Source of the DNA: Armatimonadota bacterium
GTDB taxonomy: Bacteria; Armatimonadota; SYMT01
Assembly: GCA_046292385.1 (NCBI GenBank)
Contig: JBKBRF010000006.1
Span: forward strand, 64,001-128,000
DNA length: 64,000 nucleotides
Direction of reading: 5' to 3'
A program made the translations under genes and the position numbers. The notes below the pieces were generated by a model. The model was not told the DNA's origin, ran no database searches, and worked only from the letters and a program-made list of their open reading frames with translations. Position 1 is the first letter of the stretch; every line of letters begins with the position of its first letter. Of this stretch, positions 54,843 through 64,000 are shown piece after piece.

Positions 54843-55418
54843 ATGGCGATCGAGGTGAGGGAGACGCGAGTGCGGGGCGGGCGGGCGGCCGCGCCGGCCC
54901 CCGGAGCTGCGCCGGGGATGGCGAGCGTGGTGCGACGCAACATCCAGGCACTGCTGGAGGCGCGCACCGCCGCGGAGCAGCGGGCCAGCCGGGAGGAGCA
55001 CATCGCCGACGCGATCACGCGCTTTACCGGCTCGATGCGCTTCGTCTACCTCCACGCGGTCCTCTTCGGCGGCTGGCTCCTGATCAACGTCGGCTGGGTG
55101 CCCGGCCTGCGGCCCTGGGACCCGTTCCCGTTCGTGATGCTCGCGATGATTGCTTCGGTCGAAGCGATCTTCCTCTCCACTTTCGTCCTGATCAGCCAGA
55201 ACCGCATGTCGGTGATGGCGGAGCGGCGAGCGGAGCTCGACCTCCATATCAGCCTGCTCGCGGAGCACGAAGTCACTCGCCTGATCCAGATGGTCGACAC
55301 TCTCTCCCAGCGTCTCGGGGCCGGCTGCCACGGAGATCCGGAGACGGAGGAGCTGAAGCAGGACGTGGCGCCGGAAGCGGTGCTGCACGAGATCGAAGAG
55401 GCGGAAGCGCAGCGGTAG
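54843..55418 (+). CDS. DUF1003 domain membrane protein (start uncertain: 54834, 54843 or 54918)
   Basis: ADAITRFTGSM.F, WDPFPF, EAIFLSTFVLISQNR, AEHEVT. Confidence 0.9.
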   Translation: MAIEVRETRVRGGRAAAPAPGAAPGMASVVRRNIQALLEARTAAEQRASREEHIADAITRFTGSMRFVYLHAVLFGGWLLINVGWVPGLRPWDPFPFVMLAMIASVEAIFLSTFVLISQNRMSVMAERRAELDLHISLLAEHEVTRLIQMVDTLSQRLGAGCHGDPETEELKQDVAPEAVLHEIEEAEAQR

Positions 55419-55542
55419 CGCGCCCGCCGTTCGGAACCGCGCAGGCGGTCTCCGCGCGCTTGGCCTTGCGGAGCTCGGAGGCGAAGCCGGAGGGATCTAG
55501 ATTCTGCCGGTGAGACGGGCAGTCCTACCGTCCTCCGCCCCA

Positions 55543-55568
55543 GTCATCCTGAGCGAACGTGAAAGATC
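55543..55568 (+). repeat. REP-like motif GTCATCCTGAGCGAACGTGAAAGATC
   Basis: Resembles the widespread GTCATCCTGAGCG..GATC extragenic repeat; a degenerate partner lies at about 55470-55498. Confidence 0.45.
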
Positions 55569-56013
55569 TCGGCAGCTGTATTGGACCGGGAAACGCAGGC
55601 GGGTGACCAGGACTCTGCCGTCGGTTCCCTGCCGCACGCCGGACGACCCGTGCTCCGGCAGCAAGGCCGCCGCCGCAATCACTGCCGCGCTGCGGGCACC
55701 CTCTCCGGACGGAAGCGAGCGGTCCGACCCGTAGGCGCCGCCTCCGCCATTCCCCGGCCCTTCTCCCCACCAGCTCGGCGCCTTCTCAAGCAGAGCGCCC
55801 ACTCCTGACCGCCGGGGTGGCAGACGAGCCCACTTGAGCATCATCTTCTTCAACCCGGGTTTACCGCTGCTCCTGCGGGGCTACTTCTAGTGAGTGCGAC
55901 TGCCTGTCCCTTGAGTTTGCGGGGACCGGCTCGCTTCCGGTCTTTCCGCCCTGCCGCCGAGCGAAACATCATCTAGCCGCTCGCCCAGGGCGCGGCGTTG
56001 AACGAGTGAGGGC

Positions 56014-57132
56014 ATGAGCAAACAAGTCTTGATTACCGGCGGAGCCGGGTTCGTTGGCTCGCACCTGGCCGATGAGCTGCTGCGCCACGAATACCGGGTG
56101 CGGGCGCTGGACAACCTGGCGCCACAGGTCCACGGCGAAGAAGGGGCGCGTCCCGCGTACCTCGACCGCGAAGTCGAGCTGATCGTCGGCGACGTGCGGG
56201 ACCCGGTGGCGGTCCGCCGCGCGCTGGAGGGCGTGGACGCCGTCTACCACCTGGCGGCGCTCGTCGGTGTCGGCCAGAGCATGTATGAGCTGGAGCGGTA
56301 CACCAGCGTGAACAACGTCGGCACCGCGGTGCTGCTGGAGGCGCTGATCGAGCGCCCGGTGGAGAAGCTGGTGGTCGCGTCCAGCATGAGCCTCTACGGC
56401 GAGGGGCTCTACCGCCGCCCGGACGGCACGATCGCCGCCGGCGTGGAGCGCTCGCTGGAGCAGCTCAAGGCGCGCCACTGGGAGGTGCGGGACGCGGAGG
56501 GCCAGGTGCTGGAGCCGCTGCCGACCCCGGAGACGAAGACGCCGGCGCTCCCTTCGATCTACGCGCTCTCCAAGTACGACCAGGAGCGGATGTGCCTCAC
56601 GGTCGGGAAGGCGTACGGCATCCCCACAGTGGCCCTCCGCTTCTTCAACATCTTCGGGACGCGCCAGGCGCTCTCCAACCCGTACACCGGCGTGCTGGCG
56701 ATCTTCGCCTCCCGCTTCCTGAACGAGAAGCCGCCGCTCATCAACGAGGACGGCTATCAGCAGCGCGACTTCGTGAGCGTGAAGGATGTGTCGCAGGCGT
56801 GCCGGCTGGCGCTGGAGGTGCCGGAGGCGGACGGCAAAGTCTTCAACGTCGGCAGCGGCCACAACTACACCATCCGCAGCATCGCGGACCGCATGGCGGA
56901 CGTGCTCGGCAAGGAGCACCTGAAGCCGGAGATCACCGGCAAGTACCGGGTCGGCGACATCCGTCACTGCTTCGCGGACATCACCCTGGCGCGGCAGGTG
57001 CTCGGCTACGAGCCGCAGGTCTCCCTGGAAGAAGGATTGGTCGAGCTGGCGGGTTGGCTGGAGGGCCAGGTCGCGGTGGATCGAGTAGAAACGGCGCGCA
57101 ACGAGCTCGCCGCGCGAGGGCTGACGGTATGA
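56014..57132 (+). CDS. NAD-dependent epimerase/dehydratase (extended SDR)
   Basis: ITGGAGFVG, ASSMS, YALSK, GDIRH. Confidence 0.92.
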   Translation: MSKQVLITGGAGFVGSHLADELLRHEYRVRALDNLAPQVHGEEGARPAYLDREVELIVGDVRDPVAVRRALEGVDAVYHLAALVGVGQSMYELERYTSVNNVGTAVLLEALIERPVEKLVVASSMSLYGEGLYRRPDGTIAAGVERSLEQLKARHWEVRDAEGQVLEPLPTPETKTPALPSIYALSKYDQERMCLTVGKAYGIPTVALRFFNIFGTRQALSNPYTGVLAIFASRFLNEKPPLINEDGYQQRDFVSVKDVSQACRLALEVPEADGKVFNVGSGHNYTIRSIADRMADVLGKEHLKPEITGKYRVGDIRHCFADITLARQVLGYEPQVSLEEGLVELAGWLEGQVAVDRVETARNELAARGLTV

Positions 57133-58280
57133 GCGCTCCTGTAACCCGCACCAACGGCCGCACCGCGGGGGCAAACGGCCAGTCGCGACCGGTGCTCATT
57201 ACCGGGGGCGCCGGCTTCGTCGGCACCAACGTGGCGCACCGCCTGCTCTCCGAAGGCCAGCCGGTCCTGGTGTTCGACAACCTCTCGCGCGCCGGCGTCC
57301 AGCAGAACCTGCAGTGGCTCCGCGACACCCACGGCAGCGCGGTGCAGGTCGAAGTCGCCGACGTCCGCGATCCGTTCGCCCTGCGCGATGCCGTGAAGCG
57401 CGCCAGCCGCGTCTTCCACTTCGCGGCGCAGGTGGCGGTGACAACGAGCCTGACCGATCCGTTCACCGACTTCGACGTGAACGCGCGCGGCACCCTGAAC
57501 CTGCTGGAGTCGATCCGCGCCTGCGACACCCCGCCGCCGCTCGTCTTCACCTCCACCAACAAGGTCTACGGCGGACTGGAAGATGTGAAGCTCCGGCTGG
57601 CGCGGCGGCGGTACGAGCCGGTCGACGCGGCGCTGCGCGCGAGCGGGATCGGAGAGAGTCGCCCGCTCGATTTCCACAGCCCGTACGGCTGCTCCAAGGG
57701 GACGGCGGACCAGTACGTGATCGACTACGCCCGCACCTACGGGATCCCGGCCGTCGTCTTCCGGATGAGCTGCATCTACGGCCCTCACCAGTTCGGCAAC
57801 GAGGACCAGGGTTGGGTGGCGCACTTCCTGATCCGCGCGCTGCAGGACCAGCCGATCACCCTCTACGGCGACGGCAACCAGGTGCGCGACCTGCTCTTCG
57901 TGGAGGACCTGGTCGACGCGTTCCTCCTGGCGCAGGAGAGGATCGAGGAGCTGTCCGGTCAGGCGTTCAACATCGGCGGCGGCCCCGCCAACTGTGCCAG
58001 CCTGCTGGAGGTGATCGAGCAGATCGAGCGGATCCGCGGGGAAGCGCCGGAGCTGCTGTTCGGCGACTGGCGCCCGGGCGACCAGCGCTACTACGTGTCC
58101 GACACCTCGAAGTTCCGCCAGGCGACCGGCTGGAAGCCGCGCGTCTCCGTGGCGGAGGGGGTGGAGCGACTCGGGGACTGGCTGCTGGAGAACCGGCAGG
58201 ATCTCCGCGCCCCGGCGCGAGCCAAAGCGCCCGCGCGCCAGCCGGCGAAGGTGCCCGCGGCCGCAGTGGTGACGGCCTGA
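57129..58280 (+). CDS. Extended SDR, CDP-tyvelose/paratose epimerase-like
   Basis: ITGGAGFVG, AAQVAVTTS, STNKVYG, SPYGCSKG, FRMSCIYG, DQGWVAHF; ATGA overlap. Confidence 0.9.
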   Translation: MSAPVTRTNGRTAGANGQSRPVLITGGAGFVGTNVAHRLLSEGQPVLVFDNLSRAGVQQNLQWLRDTHGSAVQVEVADVRDPFALRDAVKRASRVFHFAAQVAVTTSLTDPFTDFDVNARGTLNLLESIRACDTPPPLVFTSTNKVYGGLEDVKLRLARRRYEPVDAALRASGIGESRPLDFHSPYGCSKGTADQYVIDYARTYGIPAVVFRMSCIYGPHQFGNEDQGWVAHFLIRALQDQPITLYGDGNQVRDLLFVEDLVDAFLLAQERIEELSGQAFNIGGGPANCASLLEVIEQIERIRGEAPELLFGDWRPGDQRYYVSDTSKFRQATGWKPRVSVAEGVERLGDWLLENRQDLRAPARAKAPARQPAKVPAAAVVTA

Positions 58281-59275
58281 TGAGCGACGGAAGGCGGATG
58301 CGCGCGGCGGTCCTGGTGGAGCCGGGCCGCATGGAGCTGCAGGAGGTCCCCGTCCCCGAGCCGGACCCCGGACAGCTCCGGGTCCGGCTGGAAGGGTGCG
58401 GGGTCTGCGCTTCCAACCTCCCCCCGTGGGAGGGCCGGGAATGGTTCCAGTACCCGATGGAGCCGGGCCGGCTGGGACACGAGGGCTGGGGGATCGTCGA
58501 CGCGCTCGGTCCCGGCACCCAGGGGTTTGCCGTCGGCGATCGCGTAGCGATCCTGAGCAACCATGCCTACGCGGAGTACGACGTTGCCGGCACCGACGCC
58601 GCGGTCCGGATTCCGGCGGCGCTGGCGGACGTGCCGTTCCCGGGCGAGCCGCTCGGCTGCGCGCTGAACATCTTCCGGCGCAGCGGGGTGGAGCCCGGGC
58701 AGACCGTGGCGATCGTCGGCATCGGCTTCCTCGGGGCGCTGTTGACCCGGCTCACCGCCCGCGCGGGCGCTCGGGTGCTGGCGATCTCCCGCCGGGAGTG
58801 GTCGCTGCAGGTCGCCCGGCATGCCGGCGCGGCGGAGACGATCCCGATGGACGACCACTGGCGCATCATCGAGCGGGTGAAGGAGCTGACGGGCGGCCAG
58901 CTCTGTGACGTGGTGATCGAGGCGGTGGGGAAGCAGTGGCCGCTCGATCTCTCCGCGGAGCTGACGCGGGAGCGCGGGCGGATGATCGTGGCGGGTTACC
59001 ACCAGGACGGGCCGCGCCAGGTGAACATGCAGCTCTGGAACTGGCGCGGGCTCGACGTGATCAACGCCCACGAGCGAGAGGCGGCGGTCTACCTGAGCGG
59101 CATGCAGGCCGCGGTGGAGGCGGTCTCCTCCGGCGCGCTCGACCCGGCGCCGCTCTACACGCACCGCTATCCGCTGGAGCGGCTGGACGAGGCGCTGAAC
59201 GCCACCCGGGACCGCCCGGACGGCTTTATGAAGGCGCTGGTGATGCTGGATCGGGGCGCGGCGGCCGATGCGTAA
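58280..59275 (+). CDS. Zinc-binding (MDR) dehydrogenase
   Basis: CGVCASN, GHEG, VGIGFLG; TGATG coupling. Confidence 0.9.
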   Translation: MSDGRRMRAAVLVEPGRMELQEVPVPEPDPGQLRVRLEGCGVCASNLPPWEGREWFQYPMEPGRLGHEGWGIVDALGPGTQGFAVGDRVAILSNHAYAEYDVAGTDAAVRIPAALADVPFPGEPLGCALNIFRRSGVEPGQTVAIVGIGFLGALLTRLTARAGARVLAISRREWSLQVARHAGAAETIPMDDHWRIIERVKELTGGQLCDVVIEAVGKQWPLDLSAELTRERGRMIVAGYHQDGPRQVNMQLWNWRGLDVINAHEREAAVYLSGMQAAVEAVSSGALDPAPLYTHRYPLERLDEALNATRDRPDGFMKALVMLDRGAAADA

Positions 59276-59300
59276 CGGAACATACTTCGCGAGGGGACCG

Positions 59301-60443
59301 ATGCGGATCTTGATGACGGCCGACACGGTGGGCGGGGTCTGGACCTACGCCCTCGAGCTGGCGGGCGCCCTCTCCACCCGCGGCGTCGAGGTGGTCCTCG
59401 CTACCCTCGGCGACCGCCCCTCACCGTCCCAGCGGGAGGCGGCGCAGCGCGTCCCGGGGCTGCAGCTGCGGAAGGGGGCGTTCCGCCTGGAGTGGATGGA
59501 CGACCCGTGGGACGACGTCGACCGCTCCTCCGAGTGGCTGCTCGAGCTGGAGGCAGAGGTGCGGCCGGACGTGGTGCACCTCTGCAGCTTCAGCCACGGC
59601 TCACTGCCGTGGACCGCGCCGTCGCTCCTGGTCGCCCACTCCTGCGTGCTCTCGTGGTGGGAGGCGGTGCGGGGGGAAGCGGCGCCGGCCGAGTGGGAGA
59701 CCTACCGGCGGCGCGTCGCGGCGGGGCTGCGCGGCGCGGACCTGGTCGCGGCACCGACGCGGGCGATGCTCGACGCGATTACCCGTCTTTACGGAAGCTT
59801 CCCTGAGGGGGTGGTGCTGCCGAACGGCCGCGCGCCGGAGGCGTTCTCGCCCAGGCAGAAGGAGCCATTCGTGCTGAGCGCGGGCCGGCTCTGGGACGAC
59901 GCGAAGAACCTCTCAGCCCTGGCGGCGGTCGCGCCGAAGGTCGGGTGGCCGGTCCACGTGGCCGGGTCGCTGGAGCATCCCTCCGGACGCACGGAGCCGG
60001 CGGCCGGCGTGGAGTGCCTGGGCCGCCTGGAGCCGCCCGTGCTGGCAGAGCAGCTCGCCCGCGCGGCGATTTACGCGCACCCGGCGCGCTACGAGCCGTT
60101 CGGCCTGGCCGTGCTGGAAGCGGCTTACTCCGGCTGCGCGCTGGTACTCGGCGACATTCCCAGCCTGCGGGAAGTCTGGGGCGACGCGGCGACCTTCGTG
60201 CGGCCCGACGACTCGGAAGCGCTCCTCGCCGCGCTGGTCCGGCTGATCGAGAGGCCGGAGGAGCGGGCGCGCATGGCGCTGCGGGCGCGAGCGCGGGCGT
60301 TCGACTACACCGCCGAGGCGATGGCGGACCGGTACGTGGAGACCTACCGGCGCCTCTCCGGTCGGCAGGGACGGGGCTCGCGGAGCGCGGCGCAGGCCCG
60401 GAAGAGTGGAGAGCCCAGGGAGGTGATCTCGTGCGGGTCGTGA
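59301..60443 (+). CDS. GT4 glycosyltransferase (alternative start 59268)
   Basis: MTADTVGGVWTY, AGRLWDDAKN, YEPFGLAVLEA. Confidence 0.9.
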   Translation: MRILMTADTVGGVWTYALELAGALSTRGVEVVLATLGDRPSPSQREAAQRVPGLQLRKGAFRLEWMDDPWDDVDRSSEWLLELEAEVRPDVVHLCSFSHGSLPWTAPSLLVAHSCVLSWWEAVRGEAAPAEWETYRRRVAAGLRGADLVAAPTRAMLDAITRLYGSFPEGVVLPNGRAPEAFSPRQKEPFVLSAGRLWDDAKNLSALAAVAPKVGWPVHVAGSLEHPSGRTEPAAGVECLGRLEPPVLAEQLARAAIYAHPARYEPFGLAVLEAAYSGCALVLGDIPSLREVWGDAATFVRPDDSEALLAALVRLIERPEERARMALRARARAFDYTAEAMADRYVETYRRLSGRQGRGSRSAAQARKSGEPREVISCGS

Positions 60444-61585
60444 TGTTCTACCATTCGCTCTGTTCCGACTGGAACCACGGCAACGCACACTTCCTACGCG
60501 GCGTCGTGTCGGAGCTGATCGCGCTCGGGCACGACGTCCGCGTCTACGAGCCGCGCGACGCCTGGAGCGTGGAGAACCTGGTCCGAGACCACGGCCCCGA
60601 GGCGGTGGAGGCGTACCGCGAGGCATATCCGCAGCTCAGCTCCCGCCGCTACGACCCGGCGAGCCTCGACCTGGACGATGCGCTCTCCGGCGCGGAGCTG
60701 GTGATCGTACACGAGTGGAGCGAGCACGACCTGGTCCGCCGCATCGGGGCGCACCGGCGGGCCGGGGGCCGCTACCGGCTGCTGTTCCACGACACGCACC
60801 ACCGGGCGATCACGGAAGAGGCGAGCATGGCCCGGTACGACCTCTCCGGGTACGACGGGGTGCTCGCCTTCGGGGAGGTGCTGCGGGAGCTCTACCTGCG
60901 GAAGGGTTGGGCGCGCCGCGCCTGGACCTGGCACGAGGCGGCCGATACCCGCGTCTTCTATCCCCGCGCCGCGGGCGCGTGCGCAGGCGACCTGGTCTGG
61001 GTCGGCAACTGGGGCGACGAAGAGCGGACCGCGGAGCTGCACGAGTTCCTGCTCGGACCGGTGAAGACGCTGGGGCTCCGGGCGCGAGTGTATGGCGTCC
61101 GCTACCCGGAGCACGCCCTCGCCGCCCTGGAGGAAGCGGGCATCGAATACGGCGGCTGGCTGCCGAACTACCGCGCGCCGGAGGTCTTCGCCCGCTTCAA
61201 GATGACGGTCCACGTTCCGCGGCGGCCCTACGTCGAGGCGCTGCCGGGCATCCCGACGATCCGCCCCTTCGAGGCGCTCGCCTGCGGCATTCCGCTCGTC
61301 TCCGCGCCATGGTTGGACGCCGAGGGGCTCTTCACGCCCGGCGAGGACTTCCTGACGGCGCGGGACGGCGCGGAGATGACGCGGCACCTCGTCGCCTTAC
61401 GGGACGACGCCGGCCTGCGCGAGCAGGTAGCGGCGCGAGGGCTGCGGACTCTCCGCGCACGCCATACCTGCGCCCATCGCGTGGACGAGCTGTTGAGCAT
61501 TTATGAGGAGCTGAAATCGGTCGGACGGGGACGCCAGGCCGCGGCCGCCGCTCCCAACGCCTGGAAAGGAGCCGTGACGGCATGA
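60431..61585 (+). CDS. CgeB-family (Glyco_trans_1_2) glycosyltransferase 1
   Basis: SDWNHGNAHFLRG, DTHHR, PTIRPFEALACG, HTCAHR. Confidence 0.88.
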   Translation: MRVVMFYHSLCSDWNHGNAHFLRGVVSELIALGHDVRVYEPRDAWSVENLVRDHGPEAVEAYREAYPQLSSRRYDPASLDLDDALSGAELVIVHEWSEHDLVRRIGAHRRAGGRYRLLFHDTHHRAITEEASMARYDLSGYDGVLAFGEVLRELYLRKGWARRAWTWHEAADTRVFYPRAAGACAGDLVWVGNWGDEERTAELHEFLLGPVKTLGLRARVYGVRYPEHALAALEEAGIEYGGWLPNYRAPEVFARFKMTVHVPRRPYVEALPGIPTIRPFEALACGIPLVSAPWLDAEGLFTPGEDFLTARDGAEMTRHLVALRDDAGLREQVAARGLRTLRARHTCAHRVDELLSIYEELKSVGRGRQAAAAAPNAWKGAVTA

Positions 61586-62670
61586 GCCGCCCGCTGAACA
61601 TCGCCTTCTTCGGTTCGAGCCTCGTCTCCGCCTACTGGAACGGCGCGGCGACCTACTACCGCGGGATCATCCGCGCCCTCCACGAGCGAGGGCACCAGGT
61701 CACCTTCTACGAGCCGGATGCCTACGACCGCCAGGAGCACCGCGACATTCCGGACCCGGACTGGGCGAAGGTGGTGGTCTACTCCGCCGACGGGGAGGAC
61801 GAGGTCCACTGCTGTGTGGAGAGCGCCCGCGGCGCCGATCTCGTGGTGAAGGCGAGCGGCGTGGGCGTCTTTGACGAGCTGCTGGAGGCGGCGGTACTGG
61901 AGCTGCAGCAGCCCGGCACGCTGGTGGCGTTCTGGGACGTCGACGCGCCCGCCACGCTCGACCGGGTCGGCAGCAACCCGAGCGACCCCTTCGCGCCGCT
62001 GATCCCCCGGTACGACATGGTCCTCACCTACGGCGGCGGCGCCCCGGTGGTGAACGCCTACCGGGGCTTCGGCGCGAGGGAGTGCATCCCGGTCTACAAC
62101 GCGCTCGATCCGAGCACGCATCATCCGGTCGATCCGGATCCCCGCTTCGAGGCGGAGCTTGGCTTCCTCGGCAACCGGCTTCCGGACCGCGAGGCGCGAG
62201 TGGAGGAGTTCTTCCTCCGCGCCGCTGCGGAGGTGCCCGGCTCCCGTTTCATGCTCGGCGGCAGCGGCTGGGGCGACAAGCCGATGCCGCAGAACGTGAG
62301 CTACGTGGGACACGTCTACACGCGCGACCACAACGCCTTCAACTGCACACCTCGCGCGGTGCTGAACATCAGCCGGGAGAGCATGGCCCGCTACGGCTTC
62401 TCCCCCGCCACCCGCGTCTTCGAAGCGGCCGGCGCCGCGGCCTGCCTGATCACCGACCACTGGGTCGGTATCGAGCTGTTCCTGGAGCCCGGCACCGAGG
62501 TGCTGGTGGCGCGGGACGGGAACGAGGTCGCCGAGCTGGTAAGCGGCCTGGACGAGGCGCGCGCCCGAGAGATCGGTCAGGCCGCCCTGCGCCGCGTGCT
62601 GGCCGAGCACACCTACGCCCACCGGGCGGAGCAGGTGGAGGGGCTGCTGCGCGAGCGGCTGGGGGTGTAA
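61582..62670 (+). CDS. CgeB-family glycosyltransferase 2
   Basis: SAYWNGAATYYRG, WDVDAP, SPATRVFEAAG, HTYAHR. Confidence 0.88.
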   Translation: MSRPLNIAFFGSSLVSAYWNGAATYYRGIIRALHERGHQVTFYEPDAYDRQEHRDIPDPDWAKVVVYSADGEDEVHCCVESARGADLVVKASGVGVFDELLEAAVLELQQPGTLVAFWDVDAPATLDRVGSNPSDPFAPLIPRYDMVLTYGGGAPVVNAYRGFGARECIPVYNALDPSTHHPVDPDPRFEAELGFLGNRLPDREARVEEFFLRAAAEVPGSRFMLGGSGWGDKPMPQNVSYVGHVYTRDHNAFNCTPRAVLNISRESMARYGFSPATRVFEAAGAAACLITDHWVGIELFLEPGTEVLVARDGNEVAELVSGLDEARAREIGQAALRRVLAEHTYAHRAEQVEGLLRERLGV

Positions 62671-62678
62671 GGCTGCGA

Positions 62679-62875
62679 GTGTAAGAAAAGGAGATGGGGA
62701 GATGGGGAACGGGGATGAGGGGGATGGGCAGCCATCCGAACCAAGTTCTTACTCCTACTCCCACTCCACTCTTACTCCTACTCGAACCGCTCGGCGCACT
62801 CTATCCGTCCCCACGAGTGAGGGTGCCCCTCGCGTGGCACCAACCTGCAAACCTGAAACCTGCCAACCTGAAACC
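62679..62875 (+). repeat. Family G repeat - TCCGAACC - hexamer tract - AACCTG heptamers, inserted inside the operon
   Basis: GTGTAAGAAAAGGAGATGGGGAGATGGGGAACGGGGATGAGGGGGATGGGCAGCCATCCGAACC, then (CTACTC)n and (AACCTG.)n. Confidence 0.8.
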
Positions 62876-62893
62876 GTAGTTGAAGGAGTCAAG

Positions 62894-63976
62894 ATGCGGA
62901 TCGTAATCCTGGGGTTGTCGATCACCTCGTCGTGGGGGAACGGGCACGCCACCACCTATCGCGGGCTGGTGCGGGAGCTCGCGGCGCGCGGGCACGACCT
63001 GCTCTTCCTGGAGCGGGACGTGCCGTGGTACGCGGAGAACCGCGACCTGCCCCACCCGCCGTACGGCACTACCCGGCTCTACTCCAACCTCGACGCGCTG
63101 CGGGACGAGTGGCGGGACGCCGTTCGCGAGGCGGACCTGGTGGTGGTCGGCTCCTACGTCCCGCAGGGCGTGGAGGTGGGGGAGTGGGTCCTCGGCACCG
63201 CGCGGGGGGCGACCGCCTTTTACGACATCGACACGCCGGTGACGCTCGCCAAGCTGGAGCGCGGCGACTACGAGTACCTCACGCCGTCGCTCATCTCCCG
63301 GTATGACGCCTATCTTTCCTTCTCCGGCGGACCGATCCTGCAGCGGATCGAGCGGGAGTACGGCTCCCGGATGGCGCGGCCACTCTACTGCTCGTTCGAT
63401 CCGGAGCTCTACACGCCGGAGCCGCGGGAGCTCCGGTGGGACCTGGGGTACATGGGCACCTACAGCGACGACCGGCAGCCGCCGCTCGACCGGCTCATGC
63501 TCCAGGCCGCCGCGGCCTGGGGTGAGGGACGGTTCGTGGTGGCGGGGCCGCAGTACCCGGAGTCGATCGCCTGGCCCGCCAACGTGCAGCGGATCGAGCA
63601 CCTGCCGCCGGCGGAGCACCGCGCCTTCTACAACGAGCAGCGGTTCACGCTTAACATCACCCGCGCCGACATGATCCGCGCCGGCTACTCGCCCAGCGTG
63701 CGCCTCTTCGAAGCGGCGGCGTGCGCGGTGCCGATCATCTCCGACTACTGGGACGGGCTGGGATCGTTCTTCGAGCTGGGGCGGGAGCTGCTGGTCTCTT
63801 CCTCCCCGGAAGAGACGCTGCGCTACCTGCGAGAGATTCCGGAAGAGGAGCGCCGCGCCATCGGGGAGCGGGCGCGGGAGCGCGTGCTCTCCACGCACAC
63901 CGCCGCGCACCGGGCCGCGGAGCTGGAGGGCTACGCGCTGGAGCTGCTCGAGACCCGCGCGCCGGGGCGGGTGTAG
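62894..63976 (+). CDS. CgeB-family glycosyltransferase 3
   Basis: AAGGAG RBS; SSWGNGHATTYRG, YDIDTP, SPSVRLFEAAAC, HTAAHR. Confidence 0.88.
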   Translation: MRIVILGLSITSSWGNGHATTYRGLVRELAARGHDLLFLERDVPWYAENRDLPHPPYGTTRLYSNLDALRDEWRDAVREADLVVVGSYVPQGVEVGEWVLGTARGATAFYDIDTPVTLAKLERGDYEYLTPSLISRYDAYLSFSGGPILQRIEREYGSRMARPLYCSFDPELYTPEPRELRWDLGYMGTYSDDRQPPLDRLMLQAAAAWGEGRFVVAGPQYPESIAWPANVQRIEHLPPAEHRAFYNEQRFTLNITRADMIRAGYSPSVRLFEAAACAVPIISDYWDGLGSFFELGRELLVSSSPEETLRYLREIPEEERRAIGERARERVLSTHTAAHRAAELEGYALELLETRAPGRV

Positions 63977-64000
63977 GGCCGGAGAGCCGCGTTCGGATGG

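Noticed and set aside
62702..62893. N-terminal extension of the third CgeB ORF (SYSYSHS, CKPETCQPET)
   Set aside because: It is a translation of intergenic tandem repeats; the real start with AAGGAG RBS is at 62894.

Overview
This is a very GC-rich bacterial chromosomal window. DUF1501 and DUF1549/DUF1553 genes, SBBP/HAF surface proteins and an insertion-bearing SecA suggest an Armatimonadota/Chloroflexota/PVC-like organism (inference only). About 37 credible CDSs are present. They include housekeeping genes (secA, prfB with a programmed +1 frameshift, an RluA-family synthase), DNA-repair genes (long Lhr, Fpg/Nei, a 1429-aa nuclease-helicase), secreted peptidases and beta-propeller proteins, sugar enzymes, and a nucleotide-sugar/CgeB glycosyltransferase operon at the right end. 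The standout is a complete IS110 bridge-recombinase element (9993-11295). Its ends, CT cores, junction promoter and a candidate bridge RNA, with guides matching its own REP-like target and donor, can be read from the sequence. Its recombinase appears to carry Ala at the fourth DEDD position, and it sits inside a small TIR/TSD-bounded MITE-like element. Intergenic regions hold a modular repeat system: different short tandem repeats and G-tract units converging on a shared CCGAACC motif, plus several REP-like families. No CRISPR array, rRNA or tRNA was recognised.
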